Shown here: in pieces, positions 37,890 to 48,471 of the stretch
Position numbering within the stretch: position 1 is the stretch's first letter
How the letters are laid out: each line of letters opens with the position of its first letter
Origin: an uncultured Succinatimonas sp.
Lineage (GTDB): Bacteria; Pseudomonadota; Gammaproteobacteria; Enterobacterales; Succinivibrionaceae
NCBI GenBank assembly: GCA_905201175.1
Contig: CAJKNC010000001.1
Span: 1-58,674, forward strand
Direction of reading: 5' to 3'
DNA length: 58,674 bases
The notes under the pieces: generated by a model
What the model was told of the DNA's origin: nothing
The model's database searches: none
What the model saw: only the letters and a program-made list of their open reading frames with translations
Translations under genes and position numbers: made by a program

Positions 37890-39818
37890 ATGCCTGAACA
37901 AAATAATCCTCTTTATCGTCAGCGTTTATTAGCCTTAGAAAAGGCGATGCTGTCTCAAAATTTAGATGCAGCCTTGATTTTTCATGATGATGAATACCTA
38001 TCATTTGAGCTTACAGATGACTGTCAGCGTCTGCGTTATCTAAGCGGCTTTACTGGCAGTGCAGGATGTATTGCCGTTGCTTCGCATGTAAATGAGGATT
38101 TTTCTTCACATAAAAGCAAAATTATTACTGCTAATGCTAAATATCCTCTTAAAAAGGCCGCCTGTGTATTTACTGACGGCCGCTATTTAGTGCAAGTACA
38201 TGAGCAAATTGATGAAGATTGTTTTGATGCTTTTGATATCTCACAAATAAAGCCCCAGATGTGGTTTGGAGAAATACTTGAAAAGCATTCACGCATCGGC
38301 ATTGATCTGCGCTGCATCAGCTATAAAACCTATCAAGAATTAAAAAATGATCTTGATGCTTTAGATCTGGAAATCGTGCCTTTAAAACAAAATCTTGTAG
38401 ATATGATCTGGGAAAACCGCCCTGAAAAAGAATACTCAAAAGTTATGATTTTTCCAGATGAATTTAATGGATGTCCATCACCGCAAAAACGCAAAAACTT
38501 GGCAACTGAACTGCGTAATCGAGATCTAGACGCTACTATTATTTGCGATCCTGAAAGTATTTGCTGGCTTTTAAATATTCGCGGCAATGATCGCAAATAC
38601 CTGCCTATTGTTAACTGCAAAATGGTAGCCTATTCAAATTCAACTCTAGAATGGTATATAGACGACCGTCACTTAGACGAAGAGATGGCCGCCGATCTGG
38701 AAGCTCATTTTGGTCATATTGATATCTTCCCCGAATCAAGCTTTGAGGATGTTTTAGAGCGTCTGTGCACTTCGTCATGTGCAGTATATGTTGATCCTGA
38801 TACTGTCAATGCACATGTATTAGAAATTCTCTATTCCGGCGGAGCTAAAGTTACCTGCGGCCTAGGTTTATGCCAGCTCCCCAAGGCATGTAAAAATCAA
38901 TTAGAAATTGCCGGCGAATATAAGGCTCATATTAAAGACGGAATTGCCATGTGCCGTTTCTTAGCCTGGCTTGATGATTTAACCAAAGTTGAGAAAATCT
39001 CTGATACAGAAACTTTCAAAAGAGCAGTTGAAGATACCGATGAAGCCATTTTAGCTGATAGAGCTGAATCATTCCGTAAAGTTGAACAAGGCTATATTGA
39101 ACCTTCATTTGCTACTATTTCAGCTTTAGGTCCAAATGCTGCTATGTGCCATTATAATCATGCAGAGGTATCTACCCCTCGCTGTTTAGGAGAAGATCCC
39201 TTATATCTCATAGACAGCGGTGCTCATTATTTTGATGGCACCACTGATATTACCAGAACAGTTTTAGTAGGACCTGGCTTAAGCGACGAGATGAAAAATA
39301 TGTTTACCCTAGTGCTTAAAGGACATATAGCTCTCTCTACTCTAATCTTTCCTAAAGGAACCTCTGGACAGCAATTAGATGCTATAGCTAGAAGACCTCT
39401 ATGGGATTACGGCCTTGACTATGCCCATGGTACAGGTCATGGCGTAGGACACTTACTTTCTGTACATGAAGGTCCGCAGCAAATTTCATTACGCAGATCA
39501 AACGTCCCCTTACAAGCAGGCATGATCATTTCTGATGAGCCAGGATTTTATAAAGAAAATGCTTATGGTATCCGTCTTGAAAATCTATTGGTAGTGCAAA
39601 ATTGCTCACAGCCGGGACTATCGCATATGCTGTGCTTTTCTCCTTTAACTTTAGTTCCATTTGATAAGCGTATTATCAATACCGAGCTATTATCAGATAA
39701 AGAAATTGATTGGCTTAATGACTATCATCAAAATGTCAAGAACGTTATAAAAAATGCGGCCACAACACTTACAGATACTGAAATAAGCTGGCTTGAAACT
39801 GCAACAGCAAAAATTTAA
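37890..39818 (+). CDS. Xaa-Pro aminopeptidase (M24B, three-domain type)
   Basis: 'SGFTGSAG', 'TDGRY', and metal ligands in 'DSGAHYFDGTTDITRT', 'HGTGHGVG', 'SDEPG', 'GIRLEN'. Start uncertain (37863 or 37890). Confidence 0.9.
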   Translation: MPEQNNPLYRQRLLALEKAMLSQNLDAALIFHDDEYLSFELTDDCQRLRYLSGFTGSAGCIAVASHVNEDFSSHKSKIITANAKYPLKKAACVFTDGRYLVQVHEQIDEDCFDAFDISQIKPQMWFGEILEKHSRIGIDLRCISYKTYQELKNDLDALDLEIVPLKQNLVDMIWENRPEKEYSKVMIFPDEFNGCPSPQKRKNLATELRNRDLDATIICDPESICWLLNIRGNDRKYLPIVNCKMVAYSNSTLEWYIDDRHLDEEMAADLEAHFGHIDIFPESSFEDVLERLCTSSCAVYVDPDTVNAHVLEILYSGGAKVTCGLGLCQLPKACKNQLEIAGEYKAHIKDGIAMCRFLAWLDDLTKVEKISDTETFKRAVEDTDEAILADRAESFRKVEQGYIEPSFATISALGPNAAMCHYNHAEVSTPRCLGEDPLYLIDSGAHYFDGTTDITRTVLVGPGLSDEMKNMFTLVLKGHIALSTLIFPKGTSGQQLDAIARRPLWDYGLDYAHGTGHGVGHLLSVHEGPQQISLRRSNVPLQAGMIISDEPGFYKENAYGIRLENLLVVQNCSQPGLSHMLCFSPLTLVPFDKRIINTELLSDKEIDWLNDYHQNVKNVIKNAATTLTDTEISWLETATAKI

Positions 39819-39832
39819 CTTAAAAAGGAAAG

Positions 39833-41206
39833 TTGATGCTATTTTTAAAAAAAGCTTTGCCTACAACATTTTATTGTCAAACTCGTTTGCAACAATTGCC
39901 ATGTATTCCTGTAGAGGCAAAATCTTATAACATATTAGAAACTCCTTCGCGCTGTCATCATCGCATTCTAGAACTTATTGCCTCAGCACAAACGCGCATT
40001 CTAATTACAGCTTTATATTTACAAGATGATGAGGCCGGACGCGAGGTATTAGATGCGCTTTATGAAGCTAAAGCTAAAAATCCTAAGCTATATATTAGAG
40101 TTTACGTCGACTTTCATCGAGCTCAGCGCGGATTAATCGGAAAAGAGCCTTCCCTAGGCAATAGTGAGCTTTACTATAAAAAGGCCTTAAATTGCGAAGC
40201 TCCTCCGGCTATATACGGTGTGCCTGTTAAACGCCGAGAAATCTTTGGCGTCATGCATCTGAAAGGTTTTGTCTTTGACGATACCGTTTTATATTCTGGA
40301 GCCAGCATAAATAATGTATATATGAATTATGCAGATCGCTATCGTTTAGATCGCTATCATGAAATTCATAGTGCTGGTTTAGCTGATGCCTTATGTTCTT
40401 TTGCTACAGAAGCTTTTCACTCAAACTTTGCAGTTCAAGATTTCTCGCAAGGTTTAGTTAAGGCTGCCAAAGAAATGCGTGATGAAATAAAACAATTACG
40501 CCGTCATTTAACAGAGGTTCAATATTCATTCAAAAGCGGCTGGATCCATAAAAATGAAGTTGGAATTACTCCTGTAGCCGGTTTGGGCAAACGGCATAAT
40601 TTGCTCAATCGCGACCTCTTATGGTTAATTGGTGCAGCTAAAGAGCATCTATTTATCTGCACTCCTTACTTCAATCCTCCTAAAGTATTGTTAAACGCTT
40701 TAAATGAATCATTAGAGCGCGGCATACATATGACTCTAGTCGTTGGAGATAAAGTTGCTAACGATTTCTTTATTCGCAAAGATGAAGAATTTTCAGCTGT
40801 CGGAGCTGTTCCATATATCTATGAGCTTAATTTAAAAGAATTTATACAAAGTCATCAAAAATATATAGATAAAAATCAGCTTGACATTCGTTTATGGGCT
40901 GATGGACAGAATACCTATCATGTCAAAGGAATATATGTAGATCAGAATCTAGCTTTAATGACAGGAAATAACTTAAATCCTCGAGCATGGTCTTTAGATT
41001 TAGAAAATGGTCTTATAATTCATGATCCTAACCATCTGCTTAAAGAAAAGTTCATGCATGAACAGCAATATTTATTAAAAAATACTACCAAAATTAAATC
41101 ATCTTCAGATATTGAGGATTTTGAAAATTATCCAGAAGAGGTAAAACGCTTATTACGTAAAGTCAAACGTCTTAAAGCATCTATATTCATCAAACAATTA
41201 CTTTAA
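39833..41206 (+). CDS. pssA: CDP-diacylglycerol--serine O-phosphatidyltransferase (PLD type)
   Basis: 'ALYLQDDEAGRE', 'VDFHRAQRGLIG', and two HKD motifs 'HLKGFVFDD' and 'HVKGIYVD'. Confidence 0.94.
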   Translation: MMLFLKKALPTTFYCQTRLQQLPCIPVEAKSYNILETPSRCHHRILELIASAQTRILITALYLQDDEAGREVLDALYEAKAKNPKLYIRVYVDFHRAQRGLIGKEPSLGNSELYYKKALNCEAPPAIYGVPVKRREIFGVMHLKGFVFDDTVLYSGASINNVYMNYADRYRLDRYHEIHSAGLADALCSFATEAFHSNFAVQDFSQGLVKAAKEMRDEIKQLRRHLTEVQYSFKSGWIHKNEVGITPVAGLGKRHNLLNRDLLWLIGAAKEHLFICTPYFNPPKVLLNALNESLERGIHMTLVVGDKVANDFFIRKDEEFSAVGAVPYIYELNLKEFIQSHQKYIDKNQLDIRLWADGQNTYHVKGIYVDQNLALMTGNNLNPRAWSLDLENGLIIHDPNHLLKEKFMHEQQYLLKNTTKIKSSSDIEDFENYPEEVKRLLRKVKRLKASIFIKQLL

Positions 41207-41216
41207 GGACTTAATC

Positions 41217-43301
41217 TTGATCTCAGATAACGACAGCTATTATCAAAGTAATGCTTTAGAATCTTTGCCTGGAGTAGGTAAACGTTATGCGCAAATATTA
41301 AAGGATCTAGGCTTTAATACTCTCTTTGATATTTGCTTTGATATTCCTTTTCGTTATCTTGATAAAACTAAAATTACTCCTATAGCTGATGCCTTAGAAG
41401 AAGATCGCTATTATTTAATAAAAGCACGAGTACTTGCAACACATAACCTTAAAGGCAAAGTGCTAAAAGTATCTTTAACCGATGATTCTGGCAAAATTGA
41501 AGCCGTATTTTTTAATTCACTGCCATATTTCACCAGCAAATTAGTTTTGAATCAGGAAGTACTGCTTTTTGGCATGAGCAAAAGAGATTATTACGGCCGT
41601 TTATGTTTACAACATCCTCAAATAACCTTCTTGCAAAATGGACAAGAGCCAGCCCCGGAAACAACATTAACCCCAATATACCATCTAGCTGAAACTTTAC
41701 CCCAGCAAAACTTAAGAAAAATCATCGCAACCGTAACATCTAGACTGCAAGCCTTACCTTTAGATGAATTATTAATGCCTGAAGAAAACCCCTTTTCCTT
41801 AAGTTTAACTGAAGCTATATTAACTATTCACGCACCTTTGCCTCCTCAGGATGGCTCTCCATTCAATTTATTTGCTACAAAAGCCTTTAAACGAATTTGT
41901 TATGAAGAACTTTTAGCCTATCAACTTACTTTACTTCAGCTTAAAGATAACAATCTTTTGCATAAAGCCGAAAGCATAGCTATAGATCCGCAAATTGAGC
42001 AAAAACTCATAGATTCTCTGCCATTTAGGCTTACTGACGGACAGCTAAACGCTTATAAAGAAATATGCAATGATTTAAATAAAACTGTCCCTATGCTTCG
42101 TTTATTACAAGGAGATGTTGGCTCAGGAAAAACACTAGTAGCAATTATGGCCTGCTTGCAGGTTTGCCGTAACGGCAAGCAATGCGTATTATTAGCTCCA
42201 ACTGAGCTTCTTGCCATTCAGCACTATAAGAGCTTTCAGAAATTCTTAAGTCCTTTTGCCGTAAATATTGTACTTTTGCATTCTTCTTTGCCGCAAAACC
42301 AACGTTTACAGGTTTTAAAAGAAATTGCTAACGGTTCTGCAAATATAATCATCGGTACCCATAGTGTTTTCCAAGAAAACGTAAAGTACCTAAATCTAGC
42401 CTTAGCTGTTATAGATGAACAGCATCGTTTTGGGCTTGAACAAAGGTCCTCACTCTTAAAAAAAGCTCCTAAGGGAGAAAGTCTGCATCAATTAGTCATG
42501 ACCGCCACACCTATACCTAGGACCTTACAATTGGCCATTTACTCCAATCTAGATGTAAGCTCTATTTATGACAAGCCTCCTGGACGTAAAAAAATTATTA
42601 CCGTCATGGTTTTAGATAGAAGACGCCGTGAACTGATCTCTCATTTGCGCAATGTCTGTGAAATGGGACAGCAAATCTATTGGGTTTGCCCTCTTATAGG
42701 CGAGCATGCAGAAGATCAATCTTCGGCACAAAATGTTTTCAAGGAGATTTCGCGCTCCTTGCCTGACATAAAGTGCGCCCTCCTGCATGGACAATTGAAA
42801 CCCGCGCAAAAACAGCAGGTCATGGATGATTTTATCAAAAATAAAATTCAGATCTTAGTAGCTACAACCATAGTTGAAGTAGGAGTTGATGTTCCTAATG
42901 CTTCAGTTATCATTATTGATGGAGCGCAAAGATTAGGCCTAGCGCAATTGCATCAGCTTAGAGGCCGCGTTGGACGCGGGCAAATACAAGGTTCATGCGT
43001 ACTGTTATACAATGTCCCTGAAGATGACCCTAAGGCAGCAGCCTTAATTCAAGAACGTTTACAAGTAATCAAAAATAATGACGACGGATTTAAGATTGCT
43101 GAAAATGACTTAAAGCTCAGAGGCCCAGGAGAAGTTATAGGTACAGCTCAAAGCGGCTTTAATTTTATGCGGGTTGCTGATATTGCCCGTGATCATGAAC
43201 TATTAAAGCTTGCGCATCAAAAAGCACCTATACTTAAAAAACAGGATCCTAAGCGCGCTTTAGCATTAGTAAAACGCTGGTTTTACAAAATGGGAGCTTA
43301 A
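41217..43301 (+). CDS. recG: ATP-dependent DNA helicase RecG
   Basis: 'RLLQGDVGSGKT', 'IDEQHRFG', 'MTATPIPRTL', 'QLHQLRGRVGRG', 'DLKLRGPGE'. Confidence 0.96.
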   Translation: MISDNDSYYQSNALESLPGVGKRYAQILKDLGFNTLFDICFDIPFRYLDKTKITPIADALEEDRYYLIKARVLATHNLKGKVLKVSLTDDSGKIEAVFFNSLPYFTSKLVLNQEVLLFGMSKRDYYGRLCLQHPQITFLQNGQEPAPETTLTPIYHLAETLPQQNLRKIIATVTSRLQALPLDELLMPEENPFSLSLTEAILTIHAPLPPQDGSPFNLFATKAFKRICYEELLAYQLTLLQLKDNNLLHKAESIAIDPQIEQKLIDSLPFRLTDGQLNAYKEICNDLNKTVPMLRLLQGDVGSGKTLVAIMACLQVCRNGKQCVLLAPTELLAIQHYKSFQKFLSPFAVNIVLLHSSLPQNQRLQVLKEIANGSANIIIGTHSVFQENVKYLNLALAVIDEQHRFGLEQRSSLLKKAPKGESLHQLVMTATPIPRTLQLAIYSNLDVSSIYDKPPGRKKIITVMVLDRRRRELISHLRNVCEMGQQIYWVCPLIGEHAEDQSSAQNVFKEISRSLPDIKCALLHGQLKPAQKQQVMDDFIKNKIQILVATTIVEVGVDVPNASVIIIDGAQRLGLAQLHQLRGRVGRGQIQGSCVLLYNVPEDDPKAAALIQERLQVIKNNDDGFKIAENDLKLRGPGEVIGTAQSGFNFMRVADIARDHELLKLAHQKAPILKKQDPKRALALVKRWFYKMGA

Positions 43302-45290
43302 ATGAATTCAACATACTATAAAAACACCCCATCTTTTTGGCATTTTCTTATAAAAATATTTGCCTTCTTTTTTATTATAATTTGTCTAATCTTGGCTGTT
43401 TTTATAGTATTTTTTAACGGCAATAACGTCAAAGAACCTCTGCTAAAACTTTTAAATGAGCGCTCTTCTTTAAATATAGATTTCAGCGAAATTGAGTTTT
43501 CTGCTCTTTATCCGAATATCTTAAAAATTAAAGGACTTAAACTTGATAATTCCTCAATAGATGAGGTTTATTGCGAATATGATCTTAAAGATGCTATTTA
43601 TAATCAGGATTTCATCATTAACGATCTTTATGTTCGTAACGTACAGCTTGATGAACAGACTTATCAAAAACTCCTAAAAGAAAAACTTGGATTTAAAACA
43701 GTCAAAATTAAAAATTTAAGTTTAGTATCCTCAGCATTAAAAAGCGCAGAAATATTCCTGCCTAAAGCAGATGCAAATTTTAAAGACATTACTATAAAGG
43801 ATCAAAAAATTAATTTAAAACAAGCGCAGATTGAGGCTAACGAAGGAGAATTTTTAGGGATAAAAATTAAAAATCTTCAGTTTAGCGGCAACCTAGATTC
43901 AGATGCTTTTACCTTTGATAAGCTTTCATTAAATATTTTAGGAGGATTTCTTGAAGCCTCAGGAGAATTTCATCGCCTTAATAAAATTTTAAATTTCAAA
44001 GATCTATCCCTAAAAAGGATAATTATAAAGGATCCTCTCCCTTTTTTAGAAATAAATGCTGATAACACTACCTTAGATAATCTAAGTATTGCTCAAGATG
44101 AGCTTTATCTTGGCGAGCTTAGTGGAATTTTTAACGATCTGCACTTTAAACAAAATAAGCTTAAAGGCCATTTTACAGGAAATATAGGCGAGATAACCTT
44201 AAGTGATCTCAATTTGACATTCGAAAATAATCAACTGCAGGCAACCTTTGACGATACCTCCTCGTTTAAAGCTCAGGGAGATTATCTCAACGGCAACTAC
44301 AGCATCCTTGCAAATTTTAATTCACAGCTTCTTGAAATAGATAAGCTTTCTTTTAATCATGTAAAATTCGAACCTACAGATAAATTTGTAGAAAATTTAA
44401 AAAATAAACTGATATGTCCTGTAACTATAAATAAGCTTGATCTGAAAAATATAGAATTTATTTCTCATATGGAAGATCTTCCTCTATCAATCAAAACTAT
44501 TGATGGAAATCTAGATAATTTTAGTTTTGATAAACAAGGCAAATTTTGCAATAAGGCTGCAACAGCCCAATTAAAAATTAAAAATACCTTTTATAGCGAC
44601 CTATATATTTATAATCTTGACCTGCTAGCAAATCTTACTGACGATCTTATAAATCTTACAGTAAGTGATTTAACATTTAGAGAATCAGGCATAAATGGCG
44701 CTATCCAATACAACCGCCAAAACCATCACTTTTTTGCTATAGCTTCAGCCCATAATTTTGAACTTTCGTCCCTGAATTCTTCTTTAATTCCTCATACCTT
44801 AAGCGGAGCTTTAGACTTTGAACTTACTCTAAAAGGTATATATGAAAAAGAAAATTTTTGGCACGATTTGCAGGGAGAAATAAAAGCCTCTGGAGAAAAA
44901 ATCCTAATTTCTGCCTTTGGCTTAGATCTGCTCAACGGCGGAGATAAAAAATCTTATACGCTTGATCTAACGCAAATGCTATATGCGCTAAGAGATGCTG
45001 ACTGCGGCCTAATTAAACCTGTTTTTAGCTGTAAATTCGACGGGCGCCTTGGCAAAATGCAATTTAACAGCGAAACAATCAGCTCCAAAATTCACGCTTT
45101 TGCCCAGCTTGACTTAAATACATTAAAATTAAACGGCCAAATGCATTTAGTCAGCTTACCCTTAGACAGCAGTTCTACATTAGAGTTAAAGGGAACTATA
45201 AATTCTCCTCTTTTTAAGCTTGATGCTATTGAAAGAGGAGAAAAGCGGCCAGGAATTATGCCTAAAATTAACGGCGTGCAGAAACCTTAA
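43302..45290 (+). CDS. AsmA-family (YicH-like) envelope protein
   Basis: A single N-terminal TM anchor followed by a long beta-rich body. Follows recG, as yicH lies near recG in enterobacteria. Confidence 0.6.
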   Translation: MNSTYYKNTPSFWHFLIKIFAFFFIIICLILAVFIVFFNGNNVKEPLLKLLNERSSLNIDFSEIEFSALYPNILKIKGLKLDNSSIDEVYCEYDLKDAIYNQDFIINDLYVRNVQLDEQTYQKLLKEKLGFKTVKIKNLSLVSSALKSAEIFLPKADANFKDITIKDQKINLKQAQIEANEGEFLGIKIKNLQFSGNLDSDAFTFDKLSLNILGGFLEASGEFHRLNKILNFKDLSLKRIIIKDPLPFLEINADNTTLDNLSIAQDELYLGELSGIFNDLHFKQNKLKGHFTGNIGEITLSDLNLTFENNQLQATFDDTSSFKAQGDYLNGNYSILANFNSQLLEIDKLSFNHVKFEPTDKFVENLKNKLICPVTINKLDLKNIEFISHMEDLPLSIKTIDGNLDNFSFDKQGKFCNKAATAQLKIKNTFYSDLYIYNLDLLANLTDDLINLTVSDLTFRESGINGAIQYNRQNHHFFAIASAHNFELSSLNSSLIPHTLSGALDFELTLKGIYEKENFWHDLQGEIKASGEKILISAFGLDLLNGGDKKSYTLDLTQMLYALRDADCGLIKPVFSCKFDGRLGKMQFNSETISSKIHAFAQLDLNTLKLNGQMHLVSLPLDSSSTLELKGTINSPLFKLDAIERGEKRPGIMPKINGVQKP

Positions 45291-46218
45291 TTTTTATATG
45301 ACTGCGCTTTCTGCGGGATTCATTAAGTGAATCTGAACCTAAGGTTGATCCAGTCATATTAGCAAGCATCAGCATAAAGCTTGGAACTTTTTCGCTCATT
45401 CCAGAACGGATTATCCCTAAGGTAGCGGTAAATTCTGCACCTAATAAAACTAGCCACCAGTTAATATAAATCCAAATCATAAGTACCGGCAGCGCCGCTA
45501 ATGCGCCATATAAAGCCTCATAATTTGAAAAATTTAAAACAAATGTACTAAAAAGTTTTTTAGAAATTTCAAAAGCCACAGTTACCAGCACAGCCCCTAA
45601 AAAGGCATCTTGAAGCTTAACACTAACCGCAGGGACAATCGTAAAAAGAGCAGTAATTACAACAATTTCAATGATAATTGGAAAAATAAAATAAGCAATT
45701 AATACTGGAATTTCAATTCCTGTACCTGAAGAAAATGCATAACTTAATACTTTGGTAAAAATCCAAATTATTAATCCCAAAGCCATAGGTCCTAGCGTCA
45801 GCAAGGTCCAATAAATAGCCATTTTGCTGCCTAAGCGACGCTTACCTCCTCGCCAGATTCTATTTAAAGCATTATCTATAGATCTTACCAACATGAATGC
45901 TATGACAAATAAAAATAGCGTACTTGTTAAAGTTAAGCTGCCGGCATGCTCAACTAAAGAACTAACATAAGAATTTATAGCATCATAAAAAACCGGCATA
46001 AAATTTGCCGCAGCAAAATTTTTTAAGGCATCTCTGGCTTGAGAAAAGGATGGTACTACCGCAAAAATCGACATTACCACACTTAAAACAGGAATTAAGG
46101 CTAAAACAGAAGTAAAAGCTAAAGATGCAGCTTCTAAACCTAAGCTATCACGTCTGACGCGGCGAATAAAATAAATTATAAGTTCTTTCACAATAGAATC
46201 CGTATTAAAAAATCCCAT
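45268..46218 (-). CDS. yihY: YihY/BrkB family inner membrane protein
   Basis: 'AASLAFTSVLALIP', 'ALNRIWR', 'YWTLLTLGP', 'YEALYGALAALPVLMIWIY...VLLGAE'. Confidence 0.9.
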   Translation of the reverse strand: MGFFNTDSIVKELIIYFIRRVRRDSLGLEAASLAFTSVLALIPVLSVVMSIFAVVPSFSQARDALKNFAAANFMPVFYDAINSYVSSLVEHAGSLTLTSTLFLFVIAFMLVRSIDNALNRIWRGGKRRLGSKMAIYWTLLTLGPMALGLIIWIFTKVLSYAFSSGTGIEIPVLIAYFIFPIIIEIVVITALFTIVPAVSVKLQDAFLGAVLVTVAFEISKKLFSTFVLNFSNYEALYGALAALPVLMIWIYINWWLVLLGAEFTATLGIIRSGMSEKVPSFMLMLANMTGSTLGSDSLNESRRKRSHIKIKVSARR

Positions 46219-46410
46219 TATATTTTAACTATTAATTGCCCTTTTGCGCGAGATGTTTTACACGAATTCCTCGCCCATATTAAGAGCAAATACCAGGTTA
46301 CTCGTAAAAAAAATGTAATGAAGGTCAAAAATAAGCTAAAATATCGCAAATATTTCTATCTCTAATCAAGCTTGTAATCCAAGCAATTAAAAATCACACA
46401 GGGTATAAAC

Positions 46411-48246
46411 ATGGATGTTCAGAAAATCCGCAACATCGCTATCATTGCGCATGTTGATCACGGTAAGACAACTCTGGTAGACAAACTTCTGCGTCAGTCA
46501 GGCACCCTTGATCGTAATGAGTTAGGTCAAGAGCGTGTTATGGACTCTAACGATATTGAAAAAGAGCGCGGCATTACCATTCTTTCCAAAAATACTGCTA
46601 TTAACTGGAATGGCTATCGCATCAATATCGTAGATACTCCAGGCCATGCTGATTTCGGCGGTGAAGTTGAACGTGTCATGTCAATGGTTGACTCTGTTTT
46701 ATTATTAGTCGATGCTGTTGACGGCCCGATGCCGCAAACACGTTTTGTAACTCAGAAGGCTTTTGCAGCCGGTTTAAAACCAATTGTAGTTATCAATAAG
46801 TGCGATCGCGAAGGGGCTCGCCCAGATTGGGTTATCGATCAAGTTTTTGATCTTTTTGATAACTTAGGCGCTACTGATGAGCAGTTAGACTTCCCGGTCG
46901 TTTATGCTTCAGCTTTTCAAGGCTGGGCTTCCTTAGATGCTAACGAGCACGGCGATAACATGGAACCTTTATTCAATACTATTATTGAAAAGGTAAGTCC
47001 TCCTGAGGCTGATATTAATGGTCCTCTGCAATTACAGGTTTCTTCCTTAGATTTCACCTCCTATGTAGGTGTTATCGGTGTTGGACGTATCAAACGCGGC
47101 ATTGTGCGTGCAAATCAGGCAGTTACGATTATTGATCGTGACGGAAAAACCCGTCAGGGCAAAATTGGCCAAGTTTTAGGATATTTAGGCTTACATCGCT
47201 CTGTTGTCAATGAGGCAAAGGCTGGAGACATTATTGCTGTTACTGGTTTAGGCGAACTTAAGATCTCCGATACTATTTGCGACAATTCTAAAGTTGAAGC
47301 TCTGCCTCCATTATCTGTTGACGAACCAACAGTTTCTATGAACTTTTGCGTAAATACCTCTCCTTTTGCCGGAAGGGAAGGCAAGTTCATTACTTCACGC
47401 AATATTGAAGATCGCTTGCGCGAGGAATTAGTTCATAACGTAGCTTTACGCGTAGAAAAAACCGAAGATGCTGATCGTTTTAAAGTATCAGGCAGAGGTG
47501 AACTGCACTTATCTGTACTTATCGAAGAAATGCGCCGTGAAGGTTATGAATTAGGAGTTTCTCGCCCCGAGGTAATTCTGCACAAAGAAAATGGCCGTAC
47601 TTTAGAGCCTTATGAGATTTTAACCTTAGATTTAGCTGAGGAAAATCAAGGCCCTGTTATGGAAGAATTAGGTTTGCGTAAGGGTGAACTTAAGAATATG
47701 GTTCCAGATGGAAAAGGCCGTGTTCGTCTTGATTATCGCATTCCAGCCCGCGGTCTTATCGGCTTCCAAACTCTTTATATGACCCTAACCTCCGGTTCAG
47801 GTCTAATGTATCACACTTTCGACTGCTACGATGAATTTGTCGGAGGCTCTATTGGAGAGCGTCAAAACGGCGTACTAATTTCCAATGATACTGGTAAAGC
47901 CGTTCCTTATGCTTTATGGTTCTTGCAAGAGCGCGGCCGTTTATTCGTCGCTCCTGGAGAAGAGGTTTATGAGGGAGAGGTTATTGGCTTACATGTCCGC
48001 AGCAACGACCTTACTGTCAATCCTCTGAAGACTAAAAAGCTCACTAACGTTCGTGCAGCAGGTTCTGACGATAATATTCTCTTAACTCCTCCGGTACGCA
48101 TGTCCCTAGAGCAATCCTTAGAATTCATTAACGAAGATGAATTAGTAGAGGTTACCCCTGTAAGCATTCGTATTCGTAAAAAGAATCTCTCTGAAATGGA
48201 TCGTGTACGTGCATTCAGGGCCGCTGGCGGTAAAAAAGCAGAATAA
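46411..48246 (+). CDS. typA: Translational GTPase TypA/BipA
   Basis: '[18 protein letters not shown]', '[14 protein letters not shown]', 'SGRGELHL', '[10 protein letters not shown]'. Confidence 0.98.
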   Translation: MDVQKIRNIAIIAHVDHGKTTLVDKLLRQSGTLDRNELGQERVMDSNDIEKERGITILSKNTAINWNGYRINIVDTPGHADFGGEVERVMSMVDSVLLLVDAVDGPMPQTRFVTQKAFAAGLKPIVVINKCDREGARPDWVIDQVFDLFDNLGATDEQLDFPVVYASAFQGWASLDANEHGDNMEPLFNTIIEKVSPPEADINGPLQLQVSSLDFTSYVGVIGVGRIKRGIVRANQAVTIIDRDGKTRQGKIGQVLGYLGLHRSVVNEAKAGDIIAVTGLGELKISDTICDNSKVEALPPLSVDEPTVSMNFCVNTSPFAGREGKFITSRNIEDRLREELVHNVALRVEKTEDADRFKVSGRGELHLSVLIEEMRREGYELGVSRPEVILHKENGRTLEPYEILTLDLAEENQGPVMEELGLRKGELKNMVPDGKGRVRLDYRIPARGLIGFQTLYMTLTSGSGLMYHTFDCYDEFVGGSIGERQNGVLISNDTGKAVPYALWFLQERGRLFVAPGEEVYEGEVIGLHVRSNDLTVNPLKTKKLTNVRAAGSDDNILLTPPVRMSLEQSLEFINEDELVEVTPVSIRIRKKNLSEMDRVRAFRAAGGKKAE

Positions 48247-48248
48247 TC

Positions 48249-48454
48249 TGCACTATTAAGATACATCAAAAAAAGTCCTAAAAGGTAAAACTTTTAGGAC
48301 TTTTGTTTTATTATTCATAAAAATCAATTAGTTATAAATATATATTGATAAAATACGCTTTATATATATAAAAATCACTGCACTAAAAATGTAAAACAGC
48401 TCACAGATTTGTGTTAAAGTGCTTAGCATAAAGATTTCGCACTAAAAAGATACA
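48249..48454 (+). promoter_or_regulatory. Three NtrC-box-like motifs upstream of glnL
   Basis: TGCACTATTAAGATACA (48249-65), TGCACTAAAAATGTAAA (48379-95) and CGCACTAAAAAGATACA (48438-54) resemble TGCACYA-N3-TGGTGCA. Confidence 0.55.
48268..48309 (+). terminator. Intrinsic terminator after typA
   Basis: AAAAGTCCTAAAAG-gtaaaa-CTTTTAGGACTTTT. Confidence 0.85.
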
Positions 48455-48471
48455 TAAGAGGCCTGTTGTTT

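Noticed and set aside
45268..46218. Annotation as RNase BN (rbn)
   Set aside because: A historical misannotation of the YihY family. The protein is a polytopic membrane protein with no nuclease motif.
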